Positions 29,151 through 44,140 of a DNA stretch of 64,000 nt are shown here, in pieces (the first letter of the stretch is position 1; each line of letters starts with the position of its first letter). The stretch is from the human T2T-CHM13v2.0 reference genome, Homo sapiens. The notes beneath the pieces were generated by a model that saw nothing but the letters and a program-made list of their open reading frames with translations, was not told the origin of the DNA and did not search any database. The stretch is from NCBI RefSeq assembly GCF_009914755.1, contig NC_060930.1; one strand, written 5' to 3'. The position numbers and the translations under genes are program-made.

Positions 29151-30079
29151 AGAGTGACTGTAGCATGTTCACAGATTGCCCTTCTTGTTTCTACTGGATT
29201 GTGCTATTCTTCTAGATATGATACAATTTAATGCATGACAAAGAAAATTAAACACCTCTAAAATCATTCTGTTTTGAAGTGCAGTAATATATTTGCAGAC
29301 CAGAGGTTTAATTAAAAATGAATGACTTATGTAAAAAAATATGACAATTGGATTCACAGAACTGGAGTCTATAGTCTATTAACTCCAGTATTTGTAATGT
29401 AGTGTGGCAAATAATATGTCTAAAAAGAGTTAGGAACAATATTTAAATTCGTTTAGTATCATTTCAAGATTTGTTGGGGAATCAATTAAATGGGAAAGTT
29501 AAAAGAAAAGACAAGTGCACTTAAAGTAAAATATTCAGAATTTAGTAAATAGAACTAAAATTTTGGTTTGCATGTGTTTCAACTTAATTAAATTATTTAC
29601 TCCTATAGGAAACCTGTGAGGTCTGTGACATATTGACAGATTAAAAAAAAAGAAGAAGAAGAAACTGAGAAAGGTGAACCTGTGCAAAATAAACGAGTTA
29701 CTAAGTGTCAGGGTTGCACCTCAAACCTAAATCTTCTAACTCCCCACCCCATGTTTTATGCAGTAGGCTAAATAGAGTATCTTGTAACTCACTTTACATA
29801 ATTTTCTGGTCCATTTGTTCACTTGCTTCAGTAAATGTGCTCCTCCCTTAGTTCACTTACCATGATATTTTGCCTTCTTTGTATCTCCATTTTAGCCCAG
29901 AGCAAACAATTCATTTAAAAAAGCGTGGTTTCCATAAAGCACTAGGAAAGTGAGGGAAGGAGTACCAAAAGACTGAACCATTTACCTATAGAAATGATAG
30001 GCAAATGAGTTTTGTAAAGTCAGTCCTCTTTTTTTTAATTAAGGGAAAATTGAGAATTACATTAAAAACATATATATGA

Positions 30080-30265
30080 TAGCAACTTCTAAATGCTCTA
30101 TATGTATTAGCTTATGTAATCCTCACAATAACCCAATGAAGTAGGCACTTTTGCTATCCCCATTTTAAAGATGGAGAAATTGAGGCATAGAGGTTCAGAA
30201 ACTTGCCCATAAGTGCTAAGTGTGTAGACAGGATTCTAACCTAGGCCATCAGGGTCTAGAGTCTG
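30080..30265 (-). mobile_element. MIR
   Basis: taatcctcacaataacc..ccccattttaaagatggagaaattgaggcatagaggtt..acttgccc. Confidence 0.8.
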
Positions 30266-30859
30266 CTTTTGACTGCTGTGACAACCTGTTTCCCAATAAC
30301 CATTTTCTCTTGGCTTCCTTAGATCTCTTCTGTTCATTTATTCAACAAACATGTATTAAATACCTAACATCAGTCAGGCACTGGAGGGGAAAATCAGATA
30401 TGGTACTTGCCCTTATAGAACTTCATTAGTTTAGCTCTATGATACTGAGTATTCTGTGGAATGAGGGTTTTTTTTTTCTTCCTCAATTGGATGTCTAATG
30501 AAGGTCCAACTATGTAACAAGTTGAGGAATTGATGTTTGAAAAGCTGTTGTATTGTAACAAGAAAACACATATGGATTTTTTATTGAAAAGAGGCTGTAT
30601 AAATTTGGATATGAATTTTCTTTGCAAATATGGGTATAAACAACTAAGATTACAGGTAATAGTATCAGTGGAGGATATTGGGACAAAATGAGAAGTGTGT
30701 GAATGTATGTGTGCGTGTGTGTGCGCACATGCATGTGCATTCTTGTGTGGTGTTACTACAGGAACTAACACGGTAGGATGAGAAATTCAATTTCTTGTTA
30801 CAAAAATGCCAGTGTTGTAACAGTAAAAAAAGGAAAGGCTGACAATGAGAGAGATGATT

Positions 30860-31132
30860 GGTCATCCAAAATACGGGGAGACAAAAAAGCAAAAAGAAGA
30901 AATAAGACCTAGTGTTAGATAAATCAGTAGTGTGATTATAGTTTACAACAATCTATTGCACTTTTCAAAATAGCTAGAAGAAAATAATTCACGTTTCTAG
31001 CATTAAAAAAGACAAATATTTAAGGTGATAGCTAGCCCAAGTACACTTATTTGAGCTTCACAAATTATGTGGATGCCTTAAATGATCATATGTACCCTGA
31101 AACTATGTACATCTATTATATGCCAATAAAAT
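30860..31132 (+). mobile_element. L1MA 3' end
   Basis: aaataagacctagtgtt..tttcaaaatagctagaag..atgtaccctgaaactatgtacatctatta..aataaa. Confidence 0.75.
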
Positions 31133-31381
31133 GTTTACAAATCTAAATTGATAGGTTGTAAAGTGTGAAAACATTTATGCCAGCAATATCATGTTTAGAT
31201 ATTTGTGCTGTAGAAATACTTTCAAAAGGGAGTAAAATGCATCATTGTTTATAATAGTTAAAAAATCAATAAACAACCTTAATATCTAATAATAGGGGAT
31301 AATTAAATAAATATTGGTACACTCACATAAATGAATACTATGCAACTGTTAAAAATAAATATTTTAATAGATGTTCTAAAT

Positions 31382-31575
31382 GTGAATCATGGCTCTGCCA
31401 CTCACTTGCTTGGGAATCTTGGCCAAATCACTGTATCTCTCTGAGCCTCAGTTTCTTTCTCTGTGAAATGTGCATATTTATCTGATAGTCTGTATGATGA
31501 TTTAATGTCATTTTTGTGAGACATTAAGCAAAGTGCCTAATATATGATAAGCTCTCTGTATAGTTTAATTGTAAT
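31382..31575 (+). mobile_element. MIR
   Basis: ggctctgccactcacttgc..cttggccaaatcac..tctctgagcctcagtttct..ctgtgaaatg. Confidence 0.85.
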
Positions 31576-32799
31576 TGTCATTGTCCCCATCATCCAAATG
31601 AACTGATATGGAAAGATATTTGTAACATTTAGAGAAGAGTAAAAATATATTATGAGAGGAATAAAAGGAAAATAACTTTTAATAGCTATGGACAAAGGTC
31701 TATATAAAATATATGAAAGTTATATAAATTCTTATGTAAGGAAGTTTGTATGCAGAAAAATAGTGAGTAGGAAAGAAAGTCTAGGGAACATTTATTATTA
31801 AAATATTCTTTAAATAACTAAAGCATCAGGCATTAATGGTTTCTGCTTTTCTTATTCTGATTTTTCATGTCCTAACCACTCTGCTTCCCTTCTCCATTAC
31901 TCTTCTCCTCAACCCCCTTAGTTTAGTTCATCTCTTTAGAGGAACTTAGATCTGTCAGAGTAGGCCAGTAGTACATACTGCAGGTCTTTTGTCCAAGCCA
32001 TCATCCTCACTTGACGTTTTGTAGATCCAGACTGCGATGGTATAAACTCTGCCACTGAGCGATTGTACCTGCATGAACATCACATACATTTCTGGGTACT
32101 TCAATGTTGGAAAGATGTCAGAAAATTGGAGTCAGTTCAGAAAAGAGTAACAAAACTTAAAAGGAACTTGGGGAGGGGGATGATTTCTGAGGAAATATTA
32201 AAATAAATATATACTGTGCACATCCCAGACTATGTAATATAAAATTCTGCAATAGGCATATATATTTTTTTAAAAAAACAAGTACTTTCAAGGAAATTTT
32301 AAAATATATTTGAGCTGAGGTAATATGTAGCTTATTTTAAATTCAATTGTTTAGTAGAAATTGTTATATTAATAAGTAGTGACGAATAATAGTCATTAGT
32401 TAAAATATCTAGTAATTTTATAAAACAAGTATAGTTTTTAGATGTTTACTGTGGCCTAGAATATTGTTTTGTTTTTAATGAACAAATGTTGACATTTAAA
32501 GTTGATTAAGTGAGCTCAACAGTTAATGAACAATAGCCCAAATTAAACAACTTTTGTGAAATTACTTTATGCAATGTCAGGCACATACTGGGCTCTTATT
32601 AATGTTTTTTTTAAACAAATAACTAAATACCAAGAAATTACATTGGCAACAATGCTATGTATCTACAATGTGAAGGAAGTAATAAGAAGATAAATGATAA
32701 AAATTTACAATTTTCAACATTCACCCATTTCATGGAGGAGTCAAATGTGAAAGAAGAGCTCCAAAAGAATTGGTAGCAACAGTTCCTAATGTAAATATT

Positions 32800-33528
<729 letters not shown>

Positions 33529-34379
33529 TAATGTAAATATTAATGGAGGAATTATTAAAGGAAATGGAAAGATATTTGATTCTATGATATTAATATTAAA
33601 ATGATGTGCTATTGAATTCTGTATTTTCTTGTCACAATGAGAAATTTTAAAGTTACAGTGGCAATTTCACATATGGTATATTACCAATTCCTAGAGAAGG
33701 GATAAAATACCTATTTAAAATATCTTTATGGCATTTGTTATAAACTAGATTTTAATCAGAAATCTACTCCATCCATTTGGAATTCTAGTTTGGCTTTAGA
33801 GCACAACACGATTTGAGTAAAGATTTTGTAGATGCATGTTATATATTTATTATAATCGATTGATTAGTTATAGGTGAATATGTACATTTATTAATTCATT
33901 GCACACATTTGTTGAGCTCCTGCTCTATGCCAGGCTCATTATGAAGAGCATCGGGTTCTTTAAATTGTCACATGTCCAGCCTTTGACAGGAGACCAAATC
34001 TTTAGTAATCATTGTTTCATTCTTCCATCTGACTGGGCAAGTGCTCTGAATCATTCATTTTTCCTACCAAATTTGGTGGGCTTCCAAACCAGAGTATTTA
34101 TCTAGGTAAAATTTAAGTTCATTTGTCAGGTTAAAAAAAATTTATTTATAAAAATTATTTATTTGGGATCTGAAATTATTTTTAGCCTCTATGTTTTCTT
34201 AAAAAAATAGCTGTATTTGTGATATTAAGCCTTCCACAATCCAAAACTTGCTGATTCTCTTTATTCACTTTCAAATTTTATTTGTAAAGAAACTACAGAT
34301 TTTCTTATGGTTTTTCCTAGACAGCCTATGTATTTATGGCTTTTATAAAAAAACTTTTCTCATTTTCATTTTCATCTGG

Positions 34380-34699
<320 letters not shown>

Positions 34700-35087
34700 T
34701 AGTAGAGGAAAGTTATGGGGTTTTGTTTGTAGTACTATTTCTTCTCAATGATTAGTTTATCTTACTAGTTCTATATTTTTCCTCATTTTATTTCGTGTGT
34801 TCACATGCCAAACAGTAGTTTTGTTCTTCTCCTTATGCTGGTTATTTCTTTCATATATCATTTGCAATGTTAAATAACATCCAGATTGCTCTTAATAAAA
34901 TGGTGAGGGATGTGACAGGTTTTGGTACAAACATTGCTAGCAATTCACTTTTAGATTAAGACCAATGACCCTTGATCCATATTGTCTGAATTTGAATCTC
35001 TTTGTGCCATCTACTAGAATGCTGAGTGATTGGTTTACCCTCCTTGGCTCTGTATAATAACTTTATCTGTAAATAGGTTAATTATAG

Positions 35088-35411
35088 TGAGATAGCCAGG
35101 TGGAAGGGGTTCCTCTGAAAAACTCCAACTGGCCTGCACACTGGGCTGGAGCATCAGGAAGTCCATGCCTTTCGCAGCTGGGAGGAGCCTGGCCCCTCCT
35201 TTTCCTGTGTGGAATCTGGGATTCAAACTGCAAGGCAGGAAGCAACCTAGCAGGGACTCTGGGCTTGGGGCGAGTCCCTGTTTTCCCCTTTTCTTCCTTT
35301 TCACCCAATAAAACCCTGTCTTACTTACCATTCAAATTGTTTGCGAGCCTAAATTTTTGTGGCCGTGTAACAAGGACCCTGCCTTTAGCTGAACTAAGGA
35401 AAAGTCCTGCA
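35088..35411 (+). mobile_element. MER61-family ERV1 solo LTR inserted in a MIR
   Basis: tgagatagccaggtggaagggg..aaactccaac...cccaataaaaccc...tagctgaactaaggaaaagtcctgca; atag on both sides. Confidence 0.8.
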
Positions 35412-35525
35412 ATAGTACCTATACCATAGATTTATTAAATGAATTAATAAATATAATAAACATAATAAGACAGTATTTTTTGTATATTGATAAAATAATT
35501 ATTAAATAATATCTTGCCTTTAAAT

Positions 35526-35740
35526 CAGGAGTTGGCAAATCTTTTCTGTAAAGGACAGGATAATAAATATTTTAAACTTTGTTAACAGTTTAGTGTCTGT
35601 GTCAGGTCCTCAGCTCCGGCTTTGTAGTGAAAAGCAGCCACTGATAATGAACAAATAAATGTGCATGGTTGTGTTTGAATAAAACTTTATTAAAGCAGGC
35701 TTTCAAGTCTGATTTTTGCTTTGGATAGTTAAATCTGACC
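35526..35740 (+). mobile_element. MER58A-like hAT element
   Basis: caggagttggcaaa..ttttctgtaaagg..aaaagcagcca..aataaaactttatt. Confidence 0.75.
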
Positions 35741-35899
35741 TTACTTCTGGTAATTTAAAGCCTTTTGTTTTTATGCTATTTCGATGTTTTCTTTGTTGAC
35801 TACATTTACTTTTATCTTTTTATATAATTACATTTATATCTACTAATCTTAGTAATACAAATAGGAATAAAATTGACTATTGACTACCTACTTTATGAG

Positions 35900-37800
35900 T
35901 AAGAAAATTTGATTAAGTAATTCACAAATGAAGAACTACAAATGTTCAATAAACATGACCATATGCTTGGTCTCACTAGAAGTCAAATAAATAAACATTT
36001 GAAAAGAAGAAATATATTTATATTTAAATTTATCTGCCTATCAAGCTGCCAAAAGTGAAAAATCATTACACAGTTATACGTGTGAATGTCTGTATGTTCA
36101 GTGGGGAACGAGCACTGGGGAGAATTTGTTTTCTGATGAAAAAAGTAAAGGTAGCAAAACAGATTTTCTGGAAGGTTAGTTAATGATACATGACATGTCT
36201 TAAAATACACAGAATATGAATGCAGCAATTCATTTTCAGGAATTTAAGGAAATGACTAAAAGCAAAAGGTATATTTAAAGCAATTTTCATTATGGCATCA
36301 TTTGTAATAACAATATTATAAAACAATAACAACTGTGGATAAAATTAATTTTAAACAAATTAGAATAGTTCAGGGGGACTTATTTCTTGCAATGATGAAT
36401 TGGTAACGCAGACCAACCACCAACCACCCTAGAAAAGACAATGTTGAAAAAACAAAAAAATCCTGGATGAAACGCAAAATATCTTCTTAAATAGATCGTG
36501 GGGTTAACAAGATAGTATGAAAATACCAGACCCAAAACAGGAAATGAGTGAGAGCTGAAAGAAATATGTCTTTGTCAAACTTTGGCTATGAAAAGCAGCT
36601 AAATTGTAAACTGCTATTTTGGTCCTGTCAAAGAGAAATAATCCTAGTCTGGCCCAGATCCCTGAAAGGCTGGTCTCTGCAATAGGGAACAAAAAATGTA
36701 CTCTCTATGGTCTTCTAAATTGTCCCTAAAATCTCAAGTCTTGGTCTCATGTGGGCACCACCCTTCTGTGCAAAAGGAAATGAAGTATCCTTCTGAAGTA
36801 GTATATCCTTTTCCTGGGTTTCAAATTACTTCTAAAAGTAATTTTTCAAACAAGTCCTTAGCAAACAACCAAGGACAGTATGGTACACAATACATCTAGA
36901 CAGTATCAGCCACTATCCACAGAAGCAGAATACACTAGAAACAGACCACTGGGACTACAGATATTAAAAATTAAAAAATCGATTCTATATTAATGGAGGT
37001 AATGTCTAAGTTTAAAAATTTCAGTAAAATATGAAAACTATAAATGTGATGTGATAAATGTGCAAAAGAGCCAATTGGAATTATAATAACTAAATATCAA
37101 GTTGATATTGAGAACTCAAAGAATGGGTTTACCAGCAAATTATGTAGGTTTGATATACTCTGAACTGGTATATCATTAGAAATTAGAAATTAGAAGGTAG
37201 ATCATTAGAAATTATCCAGAATAAAATACAGAGAGACAAAAATATGGACAATTTAGAAAATGGTAAGGGACTTAGAGGACCTGGAAAGAAGATTTAGCAT
37301 GTTTGAGGCCCAGAACAAGAGGAGAAAAAAAATGTGCAGAAACTATTTTGAAGCGACAATGGCTAATAATTTCCAAGAACTACTGAAATGCATTAAGCCA
37401 CTGATTTAGGAATCCCAAGAAGCCACAAATAAGATAAAAATGTTTTTAAAAATGTACAGTTAAATATTCACTTAAACATAAAAATGAAAAATAATAATAT
37501 GGAATAGGTTAAACCTACTGTAGTCTAACAATGGGACCCTGTTCAATATATGAAAATGTAGATGCATAGTTATTATTCTAAAAAATGCTTATAATATAGT
37601 GAGTGGAAAACAACTATAATACAAAGACAACAGTACCTTTTAAATGTGTATATGTACATGAAGTATTGTTTTGAATATATGTTCAAAGTAGTAATTTCTA
37701 GATGGTGGAAATTTGGGATCTGAAAATTCATTATTTATTTATACTTATACATATTTTATTATTTTTCTGTAATTGTTATCATATCACAATGTAATTTAAA
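35900..37800 (+). mobile_element. Nested old L1 fragments (L1ME-type 3' region enclosing an L1/HAL1 5'-ORF1 piece at about 36375-37440)
   Basis: A-rich sense strand; gaactcaaagaatgggttt..gaaattatccagaat..cagagagacaaa..aatggctaataatttcca. Confidence 0.6.
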
Positions 37801-38959
37801 AATCAAGGTCAAAATGCAATACCCAGTGCTGGTGAGAGAACAGTAAAATAGACACTTTCATACTTTATTGGTAAGATTACATCTTAAAGCAAACGCAGTG
37901 TTGGGGAATTTGATTGTATGTGTCCCAAAGTGTACAAATGGTTATTTCCATTGATCTGGTGATTTAATGTCTAGTTATTTATCCTAAGGAACTAGACAGG
38001 TACAGAAAGATTTATGTAATGCACAGAAGGTCCTCAGTACACAAATCCTTTGCCTAGAATACTCTCCTTTGCTAGGCATTCTTCAGGTCTCAATTATGTC
38101 ACTTCTTCAGTAGGACTTTCCCTCCAAATCCAGTAGTGGTTTATATTCTCACTTAACCCCTCCTATGACACACTATCACAATTGTAATTACGTGGGTTAC
38201 TTTCATCAGTATCTGCATAATTTCTGTCTTCCCATCTACAAATATTCTAAGGTCTCAGAGATGGGACTATATCTTTGTTCTTGCCTCCACCGCCTGTGCT
38301 GAAACACTATCTCTAGCTCATTATAGGCAATCACTAAACATTTAATAAATTAATAAAAATGTTTATTTCAGATTTCATTTTAATAGAAAAATAGAAAGAT
38401 AAAAATAGAAAGCTAACAAAATTTGTTAATCTTAAAATTTATTGTTACATTAATGTATTGAATACCACTGTTGTGAAAAATTAATATTTTCCAAAAATGT
38501 TTAGTGACTTCTAAAGGTTTTTTATGTTGTTAAGGAAAAAAACATGTTTGAAAGTATGTTTACATTACAAATTCACCATTAAAAATCTCACATAAAACTC
38601 TGTATATCAAATATATCATCTTTTCACTATACTTACATGAAAGTATATGTGTACATACATATATATATAAAATATGTACACACATGTAAATATACACAAA
38701 TATATGTTAATAGTTCTTTCCGAATTTCAGCGTATTTGGATATGTGTAGACAGAGATTTATCTGCTTTCTGAAATTTTGAAGAAACATAATGGTGAAACC
38801 ATAGGACTATGAAAGTTTTACCAAATTGGGATGAAATTATTTTATAGCTTTGTTAATTTCTCCTGACCAATTCAGCTTTCTATTTTGTTTCCCCCCTTAA
38901 TTTGGATACTTTGTATTTGCCCAGAACATAAATTTTATATCAAGATTTTAAAATTTTTT

Positions 38960-39600
38960 TATTCATTCACTCAACAAATATTTACTGAGCATCTACCATG
39001 TACAGTAAGAAAAACAGAAAAATCACTGCTCACTTACACCTATTCTTATTGAGGGAGGGAAAAAGATAATAAACAAGATAAATAAGTAAAACATAGGTTA
39101 TATTTGTTTGTTTTTTTTGTTTTCTTTTTGTTTTTTTTTGTTTTTTGTGTGTGTGTTTTTAGTAGAGACAAGGTTTCACCGTGTTAGCCAGGACAGTCTC
39201 GATCTCCTGACCTCGTGATCCCCCCGCCTCAGCCTCCCAAAGTGCTGGGATTACAGGCATGAGCCACCGCGCCCGGCCAAAACATAGGCTATATTAGATA
39301 GTCATAAGGAGCAAGAAAAAAAATTAAACTGGGAAGGGGGATAGAAAGTGTCAGGTGTGTATGTGCATGCATGTGTGCAATTTTAAATAGGGTAGTCAAG
39401 GAAGGTCTCACTGAGGAGGTGACATTGGAAAAAGACTTAAAGGAGTGAATTTGCTGATGTCCAGAGAAAGAATTTTAGGTAGGAGGAAAATCAAGTGCAA
39501 ATGCAAGTATATGCCTGGCATATGCAAGGAAAAGCAAAGAGACCAGTATGGGTGGACTGGATAAGGGGGAATGGGGGAGATACGTTCAAAGATTTATTAG
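38960..39600 (-). mobile_element. L2 3' remnant
   Basis: attcattcactcaacaaatatttactgagcatctaccatg..gtcaaggaaggtctcactgaggaggtgacatt. Confidence 0.75.
39105..39278 (-). mobile_element. AluY-like left monomer only, with tail and TSD
   Basis: gtgttagccagga..ctcgatctcctgacctcgtgatc..ccaccgcgcccggcc; TSD aaaacatagg(t/c)tatatt at 39088-39104 and 39279-39295. Confidence 0.9.
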
Positions 39601-40854
39601 CAGAGATTTTGCTTTCTTTATATGTTTTTAATTTCTAGTGTTGTTTGACTTTTCACTTTTTCTTGATTATAATTAAGGGATTTTTTAATGTTTTAAAGCA
39701 TAGCTTTATTTTTTAAAAATGGTTGTGTGTTTTTAAAATTTCTCTTTCTATTTTCTTTCTTTTCCCTTGTTTTCCATTGACTTTTAAAATTATTTGGCTA
39801 ACTTCTCAAATTAACTTCATTTACTTTTGTTCCTTTTCTTTTAATAGTGAAATGATTAATTAGAGTTTATAGTTTGCTTTGAAAAGAATTGTGATTGAAT
39901 CATAATTTTTACATTTAGTGTTCTCTTTCTTGTTTTTTTAAATTACTTTGCAAGTTATTTTTAAGTATGAGCTTTTCTGCTTATACAACAATATGTTCAT
40001 GCTAGAAACAGAAGAAAATCTTCAAAGGAGATGGAAGAAAATAAATCATGAGTTTACTCACATATGAATATATTCATTTATATATATAAATACCATATTT
40101 TTACTTAAAATTAAGATAATACTTTATAGTTTTTAAATGGACTTATTCCATATTGGGCTGAAAAAGTTTTAGACATTGTAATTAACTTTTTACTGAGGAA
40201 ATGTATTTTTGTATTTTGTAATAGAAATATTAAAGCCATAACAGAACATGTAATAAATGTAAATTCCCCCTGCGTCCTACATTGCCAGAATTCTCCACTT
40301 GCCCTAGCTAAAGACAATCACTGTTACTAGTTTGCTATGTGTCTTTGCAGAGGTATTCTATCACAAGAAGTAGCATGTTGTTTTCTTTTCTTTATGGTCA
40401 GAATATCTCCTCTGTTTCTTGTGCCACTTGTAGCTATATTTGTGAGCCATTGTTTTACTAAATCTAATTCAGTTAGGTTTTAAGTCGATGGAGATTCTAT
40501 CCAGATTTGGCAGTGGCTGTTGATTCTTGTTTCTAGTATTTATTTTCATTTTGAATTTTTCTGTTTTGCCTTAGGTATTTTACTGATGAATTTGGAAGCC
40601 TGAATTAAGGACTAATTTATTCAAAACACTACTTCTCAGGAGAGTTTTATATTTTTTCTTCCTTTTATTTGTTTCTCTTTTCTGTTTTTTTATATCAAAT
40701 AATTTTTCTTTTATAACTTATATTTTTCTTGTAAGCCACTATAAGTTCCTTTTGGAAAGACATGGTCTACAAATCAATCTATATAATATTTTATTATTGA
40801 ACTATAAAAGAATTACTGTCCCTAGATGTCCATCATCAAGAAACTGGAAATATA

Positions 40855-41250
<396 letters not shown>

Positions 41251-42413
41251 TTAATTGACTTGGAAAGATGTTTGTGAATTTTTTCTGAGAGAAAGAGCAG
41301 GTCACATAGTACTGTGCATATTGACATGATTTTAATATAGGACTGTTTATGTCCATCTGTCTATCCGCGGAGGCGGGCGGATCACGAGGCCCCTTCCATA
41401 TATGCCCATATTTATATATGTCTATAAAGAGGTCTGGAAGGGAATTTGGCAAACAGTGACAATCTCTGGGTGGTATACATCTTGTATGAATTTTATAATC
41501 TCTCATTTATACTTCTATTGGTTGTCTGAATTTTCCATATATACCTAAATAATTTTATCAAAAAACTTTTATGTTTCTAAAGGATATATGGCAAATTTCT
41601 TTAAATAATTATTTTGCTCAGAATGCCACAGTTTAAAAGGCTACTTGTTAACCTACAGTTAACATATTTTTTCAAACTTCACCTGTATTTACCTCTAATT
41701 TAAAACCAACGAAAGGTAACAACACATTGGCATTTTGAATATTATTCAATAGGTTGCGATTTCTGTTTACAGAGAATGCACAGTACTTTGAAACCAATTT
41801 TATATGTTGCTTTTAATGATGAATGGACAATTTTATCCTAATTTCTTGTCAGTTGGTATTTTAGAAACATTTCTAAACAAAGCTCCCTGAGGAACATGGA
41901 AATCATACTTTCCTTTTTTAGTTAAGTTATATCTTTAAAAACTATCAAGTAGAGTCTCTACATTAAATAAGCTTTGCAGTTTGTTCGTAATGCACATGTT
42001 TGCTCTGCAGTTTCAGGAACAGGAGTATCAGAAAGCTTCTGTGTAGAAGCTGGTTATTTAATATCCAGGCTCGGTTTACCAGGACCTTTATTTCATTACA
42101 AGAACTCTTCTATAATGATAAGCTACTTGTAACATCAAAGCACAAGAGACATTATCTCTTCCTCCCCATAGCCCATGATCTAAAAGCTTGTCTTTTTATC
42201 TTTGTTTGAAAGAGAAAACATGTTTTTCAAAAAAGCCTCAGCAGATTGTGGACATGGCATAAGTAGGCTCTGGGCATAGTCTAATTTTTTTTCCCCTTTT
42301 TCTGTGTGTTTTGTCTTATGTTTCAGTATTATGCTTTTTCGGCTTTTTTGGGGGGAATAAGATAAAGGAATTTTGTTTTAAACTAATTGTGAGAAGGAAA
42401 ATGCCTTCTAACT

Positions 42414-42415
<2 letters not shown>

Positions 42416-42456
<41 letters not shown>
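42416..42456. repeat. (AT)n microsatellite
   Basis: Direct reading. Confidence 0.95.
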
Positions 42457-42462
<6 letters not shown>

Positions 42463-42510
42463 TTATATATGTTATATGTATATAACATAGTCACTTTTCA
42501 ACCAAAATTA

Positions 42511-42877
<367 letters not shown>

Positions 42878-43388
42878 TTAGGGAAAGTTTTAGGAGTCTA
42901 AAATTTGAACACTTACAATAGAGCTAGAAAACTAGAAGCCCCTGAATGATGAAGTGGAATGTCAGTATACCTGCCGGCTTTTGATTCTCTATCAAATACA
43001 CGATATTGGGGGCAAAACAAAGATGGATATGATACACAGATGAAACCCAGGGAAAAGAAACTTTTCTAAATAAATTATCCAAATGTTTGCTTTTCATTTG
43101 ACCTGAGCTGTACCTCTCAATATCATATATGTAGGGACTTTGGTTAATCATGTTATTTCTATTTGCACAGGGACACACAATCATTAACAGTTTGTAAATG
43201 CTTTTGATGATAATTTCACATGGCTGCATGAGAAAAAAATGTTAACATTCTGTCTTGGACTGTGTGAATGCCTCTAATTTTTTATGTGAAAAATTACAAA
43301 CACCAATATTTGCTTTGTTGGTTTATAATCATTAGAAACAGAGATAAATTAATGGAAGATATATTTTTGGTGATTAGAGGAACAGACA

Positions 43389-43528
43389 TGAAGTAAATCT
43401 GGTTCTTGAAATTATACTCTTTTGCTTGTTAAGTAAAATACTGAATGTCAGTTAGAAGGGTAATATTGACATTTAGTATTTTACTTAACAAGCAAAAGCA
43501 TATGATTTCAAGAACCAGGTTTACTTCA
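43389..43528. repeat. Inverted repeat, 62-bp arms, 16-nt spacer
   Basis: 43389-43450 vs reverse complement of 43467-43528: 57 of 62 identical by manual comparison. Confidence 0.95.
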
Positions 43529-43759
43529 CTTCTGCTGGAATGTTCCCAAACATTCCAGACTGTTCTGACATGAGGTCACCATCATGGTTAGTCAGCAGGG
43601 TGAGATGCTGGTGTCATGAGGGTAGACTAAGGTTTTATAATTCATTCAGAAAGACATTTGGATGACCAGGCTATACCACACTGGGTCTCTCCTCCCAGGC
43701 AAGAAAAATGAAGTTTCTTGTCATTTTCTTATCTATCTGGTGCTCATTCTTGTATTTGT

Positions 43760-44140
43760 CCACTTAAAAATATTTATTTGCTCTCCCACCATGTGCCAGA
43801 CCCTATGCTGTATATGCAATAAAATGAGACTAAGACCCCTACCATTAAATAGCTTACAATATTTCAGAGGAGACAGTGATAGAAGCAGTTACAAAACAAT
43901 AAATCAATTAGGGAATGCAATGAGAACACAATAAATCAAACAGACAATGCTATAAGAAGAGGGCACACACAGTACTTTCCTGAAGGTACTGGGGTGGCTT
44001 CTCAGAGGAGCTAAAGTCTGGCATTTGACAGGAAGAGAAGTTGGGCAAAGCCAATCTTGACAGAAGAATGTCATGTTTAAAGGCACTGAGGTATTCAGGA
44101 TACCAGGCAAAGGTGCACATGGAGGAAGGGTAGGAGATGA
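43760..44140 (-). mobile_element. L2 3' remnant
   Basis: aatatttattt..ccaccatgtgccagaccctatgct..ggcttctcagaggag..aaaggcactgagg. Confidence 0.65.
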
